Shown here piece by piece: positions 1 to 14,439 of a DNA stretch of 54,116 nt. Below the pieces are notes generated by a model. The model was not told the origin of the DNA. It saw only the letters and a list, made by a program, of their open reading frames with translations, and did no database searches. Every line of letters begins with the position of its first letter. The first letter of the stretch is position 1. Location of the stretch: assembly GCA_002269645.1 (NCBI GenBank), contig NIVC01004225.1, positions 1-54,116 on the forward strand, given 5' to 3'. This stretch comes from Macrostomum lignano (Eukaryota). The position numbers were made by a program, and so were the translations under genes.

Positions 1-1745
1 CTGAGAGCCAGAGCCTAAACAGACAGAGAAATCTGTTCGAGTTGTGTCTGAAGGTTAGGTGGACCACCTTCTGAGAGCCAAAGCCTCAAACAGACTGAGA
101 GAGCTGCTTCAGTTGTGTCTGTAGGTTATGAGGACCACCTAAGAGCCAGAGCCTCAAACAGACAGAGAAATCTGTTCGAGTTGTGTCTGTAGGTTAGGTG
201 GACCAAGCTACCCACAGCACTTCTAGGCGATAATCTGAGCCAGGAGTCTCGAGAGACTTTCGTTACACATCCAGATGTTCTGCCTTGATGCTGGACTAGC
301 TCACTTTCTAAGGAATCTGTTCTGATTGCATTCTAACAAACTGAAGCATTCCTCGGCACTAAACTTTCTCGGCGGCTCTGAGAGCCAGAGCCTCAAACAG
401 ACAGAGAAATCTGTTCGAGTTGTGTCTGTAGGTTAGGTGGACCAGCTATTCTACAGCACTTCTAGGCGATAAATCTGAGCCAGGAGTCTCCGAGAGACTT
501 CGTTACACATCCAGATGTTCTGCCTTGATGCTGGACTAAGCTCACTTTCTAGGAATCTGTTCTGATTGCATTCTACAAAAACTGAAGCATTCTCGGCACT
601 AAAACTTTCTCGGCGGCTCTGAGAGCCAGAGCCTCAAACAGACAGAAGAAATCTGTTCGAGTTGTGTCTGTAGGTTAGGTGGACCAGCTACTGAGAGCCA
701 AAGCCTCAAACAGACTGAGAGAGCTGCTTCAGTTGTGTCTGTAGGTTTATGTGGACCACCTAAGAGCCAGAGCCTCAAACAGACAGAGAAATCTGTTCGA
801 GTTGTGTCTGTAGGTTAGGTGGACCAGCTATTCTACAGCACTTCTAGGCGATAATCTGAGCCAGGAGTCTCCGAGAGACTTTCGTTACACATCCAGATGT
901 TCTGCCTTGATGCTGGACTAGCTCACTTTCTAGGAATCTGTTCTGATTGCATTCTAACAAACTGAACATTCTCGGCACTAAACTTTCTCGGCGGCTCTGA
1001 GAGCAGAGCCTCAAACAGACAGAAATCTGTTCGAGTTGTGTCTGTAGGTTAGGTGACCAGCTATGCACAGCACTTCTAGGCGATAATCTGAGCCAGGAGT
1101 CTCCGAGAGACTTTCGTTACACATCCAGATGTTCTGCCTTGATGCTGGACTAGCTCACTTTCTAGGAATCTGTTCTGATTGCATTCTAACAAACTGAAGC
1201 ATTCTCGGCACTAAACTTTCTCGGGCTCTGAGAGCCAGAGCTTCAAACAGACAGAGAAATCTGTTCGAGTTGTGTCTGTAGGTTAGGTGGACCAGCTATT
1301 CTACAGCACTTCTAGGCGATAATCTGAGCCAGGAGTCTCGCGAGAGACTTTCGTTACACATCCAGATGTTCTGCCTTGATGCTGGACTAGCTCACTTTCT
1401 AGGAATCTGTTCTGATTGCATTCTAACAAACTGAAGCATTCTCGGCACTAAACTTTCTCGGCGGCTCTGAGAGCCAGAGCCTCAAACAGACAGAGAAATC
1501 TGTTCGAGATGTGTCTGTAGGTTAGGTGGACCAGCTACTGAGAGCCAAAGCCTCAAACAGACTGAGAGAGCTGCTTCAGTTGTGTCTGTAGGTTATGTGG
1601 ACCACCTAAGAGCCAGAGCCCTAAACAGACAGAGAAATCTGTTCGAGTTGTGTCTGTAGGTTAGGTGGACCACCTTCTGAGAGCCAAAGCCTCAAACAGA
1701 CTGAGAGAGCTGATTCAGTTGTGTCTGTAGGTTAGGTGGACCAGC
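1..1745. repeat. Composite (higher-order) tandem satellite, truncated at the window edge
   Basis: It is built from three modules: two ~70 bp variants (CTGAGAGCCAGAGCCTCAAACAGACAGAGAAATCTGTTCGAG...GGTGGACC and CTGAGAGCCAAAGCCTCAAACAGACTGAGAGAGCTGCTTCAG...) and a ~170 bp module (ATTCTACAGCACTTCTAGGCG...CTCGGCGGCT). The modules alternate irregularly and copies differ mostly by single-base indels. Confidence 0.95.
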
Positions 1746-3142
1746 TTCTCTACAGCAATTGAGTTGCAGGCCTTGCAGCTAGCTACTTTGAGATCATCAA
1801 ACGAAACTCACTTTTCTGGACTCGGTGTCGACGGATTTGCGAGCAGACTGATGATTTTCACCAGGCGATGCGGCTTCTTCGATTTCGCAGTGGCTTTTTG
1901 CGACGGTGTTTTTTAGTTTTTATTTTAGGCTTGGCGTCCTTTTTTTGGCGGTCATCATATCTTGGTTGTAGATTACAGTTTTTGGCACAATAAATTTATA
2001 TATGGATGAAACTTGGAGTAAGGATTAACATTAGACCTATTAAGTATAAAAAAACCGTTCTAATCTATACAATTGCAATCCTTTAGAGTTGTATAGTATG
2101 GATTATAAGTACTTTCTTTTAAACTGTCTGTGTCTGGTCTCACTACGCCATGGTTTACGTGGACCACCCGCTTAGACATTATATATCCCTCTCTCCACTG
2201 TCTTACCTTCAGAACGCTTGCGGGTTTCCTATTGGCTGCGGTCGGTCCCATTGTTGGGGTGGATCTATCCTCCTAAGTGTTAACCAGCCAATTATAGAAA
2301 GGGAGGTCTGTCTGTCTGTCTGTTCCAACCCTATACTCCTGCACATGTGTTTACGAGGACCAAACAGACAGTGAGTGTTAGGCTGACTGTTAATGCGTTC
2401 TTAGTTTTACTGGGACCGCAATCAAGTCGACCTTTTGCTAGAGAGTCAGAGACCCGATCGCTAGCTAAAAGGCCCTTCTTAATTGCGTCCTCTTGATCAA
2501 ATCTTTTGCATGTACATGTATGAATTGTCCTTTTCAATTAGGTAAATTGCATCTTCAACTTTGCACTTGAAAGGCTGCAGCTTAGGATCTTCTTCTTCCA
2601 ACATTGGAGGAGGATAGAACAGGATATCCCATAGTGTTTAGGATAGAATTGGCAAGCACTTAATTCATGAAGTTGCTATTTTCTTCTTGTGTAATGGTAG
2701 AGCCTCAGAAATTCGCATTTACACAGTGTGGCTATCAAGGACCACTGGGAGTTCTTGAGAAGTCATTGAAGAATACTATTTAAGCTTCACTTAAATATCT
2801 TTCTTGTCTCGGAGTCTTTATCGTTTGATCTGGTTAGCGAATTGGATTTCTTTACGTTGGTGTCTTACTCTGTGAGTCTGTGCTCAGAGTACGATACCGG
2901 AATTGCTGGAACTGAGCTAATTAAATGGAGTTTAAAGTTTACTGTATCAAATTCATTTCGCATACGAGGTTTCAGAATTTTTAATTAACCTGCGCACCTA
3001 CTTGAATGTCAAAGAACTGAACGCATATTGTTTTAAAGCCAGTAGCGGTCATAATATGATGCCAACATAGCCCTTTGTTCGTAAGGTAATGATCTGTAAA
3101 AAATTCAGTTTTGCATCGAATCTATGCTTAATAACTGCTATA

Positions 3143-3193
3143 CACAAACAGACACAAACAGACACAAACAGACACAAACAGACACAAACAGAC
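3143..3193. repeat. 10-bp tandem repeat (CACAAACAGA)n
   Basis: Five visible copies. Confidence 0.9.
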
Positions 3194-3502
3194 GATTTTC
3201 GAAAAATTTTCTAAAATTTTTCGGTTTACGTGGACCAGACTCGCTCGGTTTAGGTAGACCAGGCTGGAGGTCCAGCTAAACTGAAATGCAAATAACTTTG
3301 GAAAAATCCATGCTAGACATCCCAAAATTGCTTAAGCCTTTCTTGACCCGCCTGACATTAATGTGAGATCCTCATCAACGTCTTAACCCCACCAGAGACA
3401 AAATTATTTGGTGGTCCACCTAAGTGGTCTACCTACACCGGTTGGTCCAGCTAACGAGGCTACTGAACTTCCAAAAAGTCCACGTAAACACACAGACAGT
3501 AG

Positions 3503-4145
<643 letters not shown>

Positions 4146-4150
4146 CTCAC

Positions 4151-6595
4151 GCGACTTGTTAAAGTCCACGGCCTTGCCGAACGGGAAGACGGCATTGTGG
4201 CCGGCATTTTCCCGTACGGCGAGTTGGGCGAGTCGGCGAGGATGTCGCGCACCTGCGTGTCGATGTTGCCCCTCTTCCCCGCGGCCGCCATGTCCAGCAC
4301 CCGCTGGTAGTCACCGGTGCCGACCAGCAGCTGGCAGGCGCCCAGGAAACTTTTGCCGGCAAGCAGGTGGCGGTGCTTCACCTCGATTGAGCCATCCTCT
4401 CTGACCTGCATTGTTTGTTGCAGGGAAAACAATTGTTCTACTTGGATTGGGCGCCACTGTCATAAGATATTTGGCGCCATCATCAAAGAAATTTGGCGCC
4501 ATCATCAAAGAAAATTTGGCGCCATCATTATAGGAAATTTGGCGCCATTATTATAGAAAATATGGCGCCATCATTATAGGAAATTTGGCGCCATCAACAT
4601 AGGAAATTTGGCGCCATTATTATAGGAAATTTGGCGCCATCATCTTGGGAAATATGGCGCCATCATCTTGGGAAATTTGGCGCCATCATCTTAGGACGAT
4701 TGGCGCCATCATCTTGGAAAATTTGGCGCCATCATCTGAGACAGCCGGCACCAGTTAGTCGCAGTAAAAGCAGCAGAAAAGAGCCACAAACTTACCAGAA
4801 CAACCCCGGCAGAGGAGCCGAAGATGGCAAACAGGCAAGGGAATTTCTCCCCGGAGGCTTGCTCCTTTATCAGAGCCACCCGGGCGTCGCGCAGTCGCTG
4901 GAAAGTCTCCCCGCGCTGAATCTGGTCGAATATGGGGTCGCTGCACTGCGGCAGCGGGTGGCAGATGGTCTCCAGAGGCAGGTGACGCAGCAGAAAGTAA
5001 AGCCCCACAAACTGACTGGCGGCTTCGTCTATGAACACCGTGCTGTGTTGTGGGGGGGGGACACTCGACAAGACACATTTTTTAGAAATCTGACACAATC
5101 TCTAACAGTCCGACACAATCTCTAACAATCTGACACAATCTCTAACAGTCCGACACAATCTCTAACAATCTGACACAATCTCTAACAATCTGACACAATC
5201 TCTAACAGTCTGACACAATCTCTAACAGTCTGACACAATCCCAAACAATCTGACACAATCTACTCTACAGCAATCTGACAGAATCTCTAACAATCTGACA
5301 CAATCTCTAACAATCTGACACAATCTCTAACAATCTGACACAATTCTAACAATCTGACACAATCTCTAACAGTCTGACACAACCTCTAACAATCTGACAC
5401 AATCTCTAACAATCTGACACAATCTCTAACAGTCTGACACAATCTCTAACAATCTGACACAATCCCAAACAATCTGACACAATCCCAAACAATCTGACAC
5501 AATCTACTCTACAACAATCTGACAGAATCTCTAACAATCTGACACAATCTCTAACAGTCTGACACAACTTCTAACAATCTGACACAATCTCTAACAATCT
5601 GACACAATCTCTAACAGTCTGACACAACCTCTAACAATCTGACACAATCTCTAACAATCTGACACAATCTCTAACAGTCTGACACAATCTCTAACAATCT
5701 GACACAACCTCTAACAATCTGACACAATCTCTAACAATCTGACACAATCTCTAACAATCTGACACAATCTCTAACAATCTGACACAATCTCTAACAGTCT
5801 GACACAACCTCTAACAATCTGACACAATCTCTAACATTTTGACACAATCTACTCTACAGCAATCTGACACAATCTCTAACAGTCTGACACAATCCCAAAC
5901 AATCGTACACAATCTCTAACAGTCTGACACAATCCCAAACAATCTGACACAAACTCTAGAAACATGACACAAATTTAAAGAAGCAACAATTCCAGATACT
6001 CACTTGACACCCAAAGTCTCCTTGATCCTGTCACCGTACAGATTCGAACCCACGCCGGTCACATGCAGCCGTCTGTCGGCATTGAGTTGCAGCTTGGCCT
6101 TCAGATAGTTCAACGCCGACTCGAAGTGCTTGTTGCGGAATGTGGCAAAGTGCAAGTCGTAATTCCCGTCGCCAATATCCACAGTGTAGAGAATTTTTGT
6201 TAGGGTGCTGCCTGGGCGTTGCGATGCGATTAGGGTGAAAATGACAGGACAAATCTTTCAAAAAGGGATCAATTGTAGAATATTGCTTATTGTAATTTAC
6301 ATGAAGGAAAAATGTAATAAAAACGATTTCTTAGAAAGTTCAAATTATTTCTTAAAAACCTTAACTTCTTTTGTAATATTTAATCGATTTCTCAAATATG
6401 TGAAATAATAATTTATTTTAAGTCCTTCTTTATCTGCTTTAAATGATTTCCCAAGTGTCACTCCCAAATTGCATTAAAAAGTGTAAAATTCTGCGCACCT
6501 CTGTCGATGGCGGCAAACGAGGAGTCTCGCATTTTGGTCAGCAGCGCCGCGTCCACCCGGAGGCTGTCATCCTGCACCAGATGCTCTTCATCCAT
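4151..6595 (-). CDS. PANK: Type II (fumble) pantothenate kinase-like protein, divergent, 3'-partial
   Basis: Exons 6595-6499, 6211-6004, 5042-4796 and 4405-4151, with GT/AG sites and matching phases. The spliced product reads AIDRGSTLTKILY (cf. DIGGTLVKLVY), LHFATF...VTGVGSNLY (cf. LHFIRF...ATGGGAYKF), DEAASQFVGL (cf. DELDCLIKG), FPCLFAIFGSS (cf. YPLLLVNIGSG), LAGKSFLGACQLL...VLDMAAAGKRGNIDTQVRDI (cf. LGGGTFLGLCCLL...ALEMASRGD...VDKLVRDI), and FGK. There is an apparent 1-nt frameshift near 4200. The C-terminal exon(s) were not found in the window. Confidence 0.85.
4447..4737. repeat. ~21-bp minisatellite in PanK intron 3 (AAATTTGGCGCCATCAT... core)
   Basis: Repeated TTGGCGCCATCAT core at ~20-23 bp spacing. 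Confidence 0.9.
5087..5970. repeat. 20-bp minisatellite in PanK intron 2 (AATCTGACACAATCTCTAAC)
   Basis: About 40 tandem copies are directly visible. Confidence 0.97.
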
Positions 6596-6959
6596 GACTG
6601 ATCTCGAAATCTGTGTGATCAACAAAAGCTATAAAAAGCATGAAATTTTACAAACTGAGTTCAGAACCTCAGGTTAGCACAGGAATCGGTTTAAGAAGTC
6701 AACATTGAGCAGCAGATAGCTGTAAAATGTTTGAAAGAGACTCGCAGCATTGAAGCCACACAGATTAGATAACTTATTAGCGAGTGTCACAACACAATTC
6801 TTTTTCTTATCAGCAGCGAATGATGTACATGCAAAGTCTACAATATGTACATTCGCAGCACCCGCTTGTACGAGCGCGTAAGTCTTTCCGCAGAGGTGGT
6901 GTCACCAACTTTCTATGATCACAGTGAGACTGCGCTTCTGCTTACACAATCGCAAGCAT

Positions 6960-7915
6960 CTGCTGATACTTCAGGGGGTACTGTCACACATCTAAATGCT
7001 TCAGGGAATACCGTCATCTCCCAATGCTTCAGGGGATACCGTCACCTCCCGATGCTTCAGGGGTACCGTCACATCTCCCGATGCTTCAGGAGGTACTGTC
7101 ACACCTCCAGATGATGCTTCAGGGGTACTGTCACACCTCCAGATGATGCTTCAGGGGGTACTGTCACACCTCCAGATGATGCTTCAGGGGGTACTGTCAC
7201 ATCCCCAGATGATGCTTCAGGGGGTACTGTCACACCTCCAGATGATGCTTCAGGGGTACTGTCACACCTCCAGATGATGCTTCAGGGGTACTGTCACAAC
7301 CCTTAGATGATGCTTCAGGGGGTACTGTCACACCTCCAGATGATGCTTCAGGGGGTACTGTCACACCTCCAGATGATGCTTCAGGGGGTACTGTCACACC
7401 TCCAGATGATGCTTCAGGGGGTACTGTCACACCTCCAGATGATACTTCAGGGGGTAGTGTCGTCACACCTCCAGATGATGCTTCAGAGAGGTACTGTCAC
7501 ACCCCCAGATGATGCTTCAGGGGTACTGTCACACCTCCAGATGATGCTTCAGGGGGTACTGTCTCACCAGATGATGCTTCAGGGGTACTGTCACACCAGA
7601 TTATGCTTCAGGGGTACTGTCACACCTCCAGATGATGCTTCAGGGGGTACTGTCGTCACACCTCCAGGTGATGCTTCAGAGAGGTACTGTCACACCCCCA
7701 GATGATGCTTCAGGGGGTACTGTCACACCCCCAGATGATGCTTAAGAGAGGTACTGTCACACCCCCAGATGATGCTTCAGGGGGTACTGTCACACCCCCA
7801 GATGATAATTCAGGGGGTACTGTCACACCCCCAGATGATAATTCAGGGGGTACTGTCTCACCAGATGATGCTTCAGGGGGTACTGTCACACCTCCAGATG
7901 ATGCTTCAGAGGTAC
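6960..7915. repeat. ~33-bp minisatellite (TCAGGGGGTACTGTCACACCTCCAGATGATGCT), intergenic
   Basis: Tandem copies that become degenerate at the left end. Confidence 0.95.
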
Positions 7916-8843
7916 TAAAGGGGTCAAAGGGGTCGCTCAATCCACAATACCTGTACTTCAGAGGTAAGTTTTCTAAAGACTCAGACCTGAAATAATTCAG
8001 CACACAAATGGTCCAATGCCGCAGGCGATTTCTAAGAAAAAGTCTAACATAAAAACTCGTCAGTAAAATTTAAACATTTATTTTTCATATCAGCAAGTCG
8101 TGGAATTACGAATGTTTGTTGATTAAATTTAGTATCAAAATTAGTCAACGCTTGGTAGCGAAAGGCAAAGTGTGATATACTCGTAAAAAACAAAAACCTA
8201 ATATTGATTTTGTAGAACCAAATCGGAATTTTCTCTGATTTTGCGCTACTCATAGGGGTATTATTTGAATTTTATCGATTTTTTAATAAAGTAAATAAGA
8301 ATAATATACTTCAGAAATTCAAACTACAAAACACGACCTGACAGAGTCAGAGTTATACTATAATGCATTTATTATCATATTCAAAATCGTTCCAGCTGTG
8401 ATAGGACAAAACAGCTACGCCTATAAAGTAGTACCGTACGACATGGTGCTTCTAAAAGTAAAAAAAGTATTGTTTAAAAATGAAAAAAAAAATCTGTGCA
8501 ATAAAGAAATGAAAAATTTTTTTTGGTCTTAAAAACAGACAATAAAATTGAGATTACTAAACTCAAAATTAGAGGTGCGCGTAATAAAAAACGCAAATGT
8601 GAAAATTAAAGCACGTGGCATACATTAAAGGAAGCGAGAAAGGAAGCGATAAGCAGCAAACAGAAGCAAGGAAAACAAAGACTACAGCGAATCATATCAG
8701 CAATTTGCATCTCTTTTATATTAGCAGCTAATCAATAAAAGAAATCAGTAAAAAAGTCAAAATTTGCGACGCACGCAGTTGCCTTGTTGCCAGAATGTTG
8801 CTATAGAGAGAGATGGCTTTTGATTTTGCATTTAAAAAATCGC

Positions 8844-11800
8844 CTAATCTGTTTTCTTCCCGTTGCTATGGTGATGAGACGCAGCGAACCCGTTGCTAGC
8901 GCCATTGACGGCTGGCTTCTTCTTGTTGGCGTTGGTCCTGGATACGTATTCTTGGTAGTAGAAGTTGGCGAACAGGACAATCATGGACATGCCGTAGAAC
9001 ATGGCCCCGTACTCCATCCAGATGGGCACCGCGCCGCAGCCAGTCAGCAGCGAGTGGCTGCCCATCACCATGCCGATGAAGAACTGGATCTGTGGGGAGG
9101 GATGTTGGAGGGATGCGTTGCGACTGCTGCGGGCTGACTGGGGACTGGGAGGCTGGCCCAGCAACTGGGGGTTTGGGAGGCTGGCCTAGCAACTGGGGGT
9201 TTGGGAGGCTGGCCCAGCAACTGGGGGTTTGGGAGGCTGGCCTAGCAACTGGGGGTTTGGGAGGCTGGCCCAGCAACTGGGGGTTTGGGAGGCTGGCCTA
9301 GCAACTGGGGGTTTGGGAGGCTGGCCCAGCAACTGGGGTTTAGGAGGCTGGCCCAGCAACTGGGGGTTTGGGAGGCTGGCCTAGCAACTGGGGTTTGGGA
9401 GGCTGGCCCAGCAACTGGGGGTTTGGGAGGCTGGCCTAGCAACTGGGGGTTTGGGAGGCTGGCCTAGCAACTGGGGGTTTGGGAGGCTGGCCCAGCAACT
9501 GGGGGTTTGGGAGGCTGGCCCAGCAACTGGGGGTTTGGGAGGCTGGCCTAGCAACTGGGGGTTTGGGAGGCTGGCCCAGCAACTGAGGGTTTGGGAGGCT
9601 GGCCTAGCAACTGGGGGTCTGGGAGGCTGGCCCAGCAACTGGGGGTCTGGGAGGCTGGCCCAGCAACTGGATTTGGGAGGCTGGCCTAGCAACTGGGGGT
9701 TTGGGAGGCTGGCCTAGCAACTGGGGGTTTGGGAGGCTGGCCTAGCAACTGGGGGTTTGGGAGGCTGGCCTAGCAACTGGGGGTTTGGGAGGCTGGCCCA
9801 GCAACTGGGGGTTTGGGAGGCTGGCCTAGCAACTGGGGGTTTGGGAGGCTGGCCTAGCAACTGGGGGTTTGGGAGGCTGGCCTAGCAACTGGGGGTTTGG
9901 GAGGCTGGCCTAGCAACTGGGGGTTTGGGAGGCTGGCCCAGCAACTGGGGGTTTGGGAGGCTGGCCTAGCAACTGGGGGTTTGGGAGGCTGGCCTAGCAA
10001 CTGGGGGTTTGGGAGGCTGGCCCAGCAACTGGGGGTTTGGGAGGCTGGCCCAGCAACTGGGGGTTTGGGAGGCTGGCCTAGCAACTGGGGGTTTGGGAGG
10101 CTGGCCCAGCAACTGGGGGTTTGGGAGGCTGGCCTAGCAACTGGGGTTTGGGAGGCTGGCCCAGCAACTGAGGGTTTGGGAGGCTGGCCTAGCAACTGGG
10201 GGTCTGGGAGGCTGGCCCAGCAACTGGGGGTTTGGGAGGCTGGCCCAGCAACTGGGGGTCTGGGAGGCTGGCCCAGCAACTGGGGGTCTGGGAGGCTGGC
10301 CCAGCAACTGGGGGTCTGGGAGGCTGGCCCAGCAACTGAGGGTTTGGGAGGCTGGCCTAGCAACTGGGGGTTTGGGAGGCTGGCCTAGCAACTGGGGGTT
10401 TGGGAGGCTGGCCTAGCAACTGGGGGTTTGGGAGGCTGGCCCAGCAACTGGGGGTTTGGGAGGCTGGCCTAGCAACTGGGGGTTTGGGAGGCTGGCCTAG
10501 CAACTGGGGTTTGGGAGGCTGGCCCAGCAACTGGGGGTTTGGGAGGCTGGCCCAGCAACTGGGGGTTTGGGAGGCTGGCCTAGCAACTGGGGGTTTGGGA
10601 GGCTGGCCCAGCAACTGGGGGTTTGGGAGGCTGGCCTAGCAACTGGGGGTTTGGGAGGCTGGCCCAGCAACTGAGGGTTTGGGAGGCTGGCCTAGCAACT
10701 GGGGGTCTGGGAGGCTGGCCCAGCAACTGAGGGTTTGGGAGGCTGGCCTAGCAACTGGGGGTCTGGGAGGCTGGCCCAGCAACTGGGGGTCTGGGAGGCT
10801 GGCCCAGCAACTGGGGTCTGGGAGGCTGGCCCAGCAACTGAGGATCTGGGAGGCTGGCCCAGCAACTGACACTCTGGGAAGCTGGCCCAGCAACTGGGGA
10901 TCTGGGAGGCTGATAGCACACCACAGAGGCAAACGCACCAGCTGCATCCTAGTGAGGTACCGCTTCCACCACAGATACTTCTGCACGGACTCGCCGACAG
11001 CGCACAGACCGTAGTAGGTGTACATAACCACGTGCACAAAAGAGTTGATCATGGCGCCTACAAAGGACTGGCCGCCTGCCACCCACTTGACTCCGATCCA
11101 CCACAGCGGGAACATAGTGGCGTGATGGTACACGTGCAGGAAGCTGATTAAATGGTTCTTCTTGCGCAATACAAAGAAAATAGTGTCCATGAACTCGATA
11201 CACTTGGAGAAATAGTACCACCAAAGGGCCTTGGCGATGCGCATTTCGTAGGGATCCTCAGAGTAGTCCAGGTGCTGGCACAGGTAGCTGTAGCCGCGCT
11301 TATATGAGCAGTAGAACAGCTGGTGATGGCGGCAGGGTTGATGAGATTACAGCTCACCTGTGCCTGACAGTGAGCCGTGCTATCCTCACACTGGATACTT
11401 TATACTGCCCAAGTGCTTTATTACTTTGTAAATACTGATTTCTTACGATCTGTGTCTGTCTGTCTGTCTGTCTGTCTGTCTTAGTGTCTGTCTGTCTAAG
11501 TCTGTCTGTCTATCTGTCTGTCTATCTGTCTGTCTGTCCGTCTGTCTGTCCGTCTGTCTTAGTGTCTGTCTTTCTGTCTTAGTGTCTGTCTGTCTAAGTG
11601 TCTGTCTTAGTGTCTGTCTGTCTATCTGTCTTTCTGTCTGTCTCTCTGTCTGCCTGTCTGTCTGTCTGTCTGTCTTAGTGTCTGTCTGTCTGTCTGTCTG
11701 TCTTAGTGTCTTAGTGTCTTGTCCGTCCGACCGTTTGTATGTATGTCTGTCTGTCTGCATGTCTTAGTGTCTGTCTGCCTGTTTTAGTTTGTCTGTCTTA

Positions 11801-13117
11801 GTGCCTGCCCTTGTGGCAAACATGACATTGCACGGTTCCCCAGAGCCAGCAATGCGGCCCATCTGTCCAGAACAGCAGTCAGCAAAAACGCCAGCCCGAG
11901 CAAGAGTCTCACCTCCCAGAAGATGTGAAAGTTGAGCAACACTAAGGCGGCATTGTAAATGATGAGCGGCCACCGCAGCGAGAACGGCTCCCTGTTGGCC
12001 ATGAACTTCTTGCCGAAGTGCACGGCAAACAGGTACAGAAACATGAGTGCCCAGGTGGGCCAGTAGTCCTGCATCAGAAACCATCGCTCCACGCGCTTGT
12101 CTGCCGGTGTGTGATTTTAGTTAGAACAAAAATACTGGCTATGACTTTTAAGGTCCGCAGAGAGGTAGTGCGTACTTTCAGTACGAACAATATGCACCAC
12201 AGGGTCTAGCAGCCCACCAAAGGACCACAAGGTCTAGCAGCCCACCAAAGGACCACAAGGTCTAGCAGCCCACCAAAGGACCCCCAAGGTCTAGCAGCCC
12301 ACCAAAGGACCACAGGGTATAGCAGCACACCAAAGGACCCCCAAGGTCTAGCAGCCCACCAAAGGACCACAGGGTCTAGCAGCACAGCAAAGGACCCCCA
12401 AGGTCTAGCAGCCCACCAAAGGACCACAGGGTCTAGCAGCACACCAAAGGACTCCCAAGGTCTAGCAGCCCACCAAAGGACCACAGGGTCTAGCAGCACA
12501 CCAAAGGACTCCCAAGGTCTAGCAGCCCACCAAAGGACCACAGGGTCTAGCAGCACCAAAGGACCCCCAAGGTCTAGCAGCCCACCAAAGGACCCCCAAG
12601 GTCTAGCAGCCCTTGAGGTCCACCAAAGGACCACAGGGTCTAGCAGCACACCAAAGGACTCCCAAGGTCTAGCAGCTCACCAAAGGACCACAGGGTCTAG
12701 CAGCACACCAAAGGACTCCCAAGGTCTAGCAGCCCACCAAAGGACCACAGGGTCTAGCAGCACACCAAAGGACTCCCAAGGTCTAGCAGCCCACCAAAGG
12801 ACCACAGGGTCTAGCAGCACACCAAAGGACCCCCAAGGTCTAGCAGCCCACCAAAGGACTCCCTAAGGTCCAGCAGCACACCAAAGGACACAAGGTCTAG
12901 CAGCACACCAAAGGACACAAGGTCCAGCAGCACACCAAAGGACACAAGGTCCAGCAGCACACCAAAGGACACAAGGTCCAGCAGCACACCAAAGGACACA
13001 AGGTCCAGCAGCACACCAAAGGACACAAGGTCTAGCAGTCTTACCAGCTCTAGTCAGAGTCCACAAGTAGAAATCGTAGGCGTGACTGACCCGATCAACA
13101 ATCCAAGCGGCATCCAT
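8844..13117 (-). CDS. ELOVL: Very-long-chain fatty acid elongase (ELOVL4/7-like), ~295 aa
   Basis: Exons 13117-13045, 12100-11913, 11319-10939 and 9089-8844, all GT-AG and in phase (888 nt). Motifs: [23 protein letters not shown] histidine box, [17 protein letters not shown], and a C-terminal KKTD dilysine ER-retrieval signal. Confidence 0.95.
9135..10910. repeat. 28-bp minisatellite filling ELOVL intron 3 (GGGAGGCTGGCC(C/T)AGCAACTGGGGGTTT)
   Basis: About 60 tandem copies occupying nearly the whole intron. Confidence 0.98.
11448..11800. repeat. Degenerate (TCTG)n microsatellite in ELOVL intron 2
   Basis: TCTG run interrupted by CTTAGTGT variants. Confidence 0.93.
12185..13038. repeat. 28/29-bp minisatellite filling ELOVL intron 1 (CACCAAAGGACCACAAGGTCTAGCAGCC)
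   Basis: Tandem copies with alternating variants. The array starts within ~10 bp of the donor. Confidence 0.96.
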
Positions 13118-13954
13118 CTTATATATTGATGATTATAATTTGATAATTTTAATTTTTAATTTAATAATTTGATAACTATTTAAAAACCGCGGCCTCTTTC
13201 CAACGGTCGACAAGAAAAAGATGCAAGAAAAATGTCAAAGAATGTGATATATATTCATACAATTTTCACACTGGGTAGTCAAGGTAACGCTCTCTACCTT
13301 TACAGGGCAATCTGTGCATTCAGTCAGCCTTAAATTATTTCTCACCCCCTTTTAACAGACAGATAGAATATGCACGCTACAATACTAATTGCATTCATAG
13401 AAATTCTATTTTACCTAGAAGCCCCCCCCACCCACACCACTTCACTCAGCCCTAGGCTTGGAGCACAATGAATGCATCTACAGAAGGGTCACACAGAGTG
13501 GCGTGATATTTTTATGCAACCTAATAATAATAAAATATACACATAACATGATAAAATAAATTAAGACAAAACGAAGTTTTTCATCGAAACTAGAAATGAA
13601 ACTAATTTTTAAATAAATCTGTTTTAATTGTATACTTGCGCTTACTTTGTTATATAGACGGTGACACAGGTCCAGCCCAAGGCCCGGAAATGAGTTCAGG
13701 CCATAGACTATGAAAAGCCCACTAAATCAAGGGTTTCAATTGTCTTGCAAATTCTTAGTGATTATTATATTTCTAATCATATTATATCATTAGTTTGAAA
13801 AAGAAAAGCCAACACACTCTAACTACCCTACTAATAGTAGACATATAAAGAAAAAATTACTAATTTTATTAACCCTTTATTTTCTAGAAGTGCTAAATTA
13901 TAAATAATGAATAAGTTGATCGTGCGGTTATTTTCACACCGGCCTCCAACACTC

Positions 13955-14404
<450 letters not shown>

Positions 14405-14439
14405 CTACTACCTTATAAGAACAAAGTTGAATAAATGGC

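Noticed and set aside
1814-1960. Lys-rich minus-strand stretch ending at a GTGAG donor-like site
   Set aside because: It has no similarity to the missing PanK C-terminus and no partner exons were identified.
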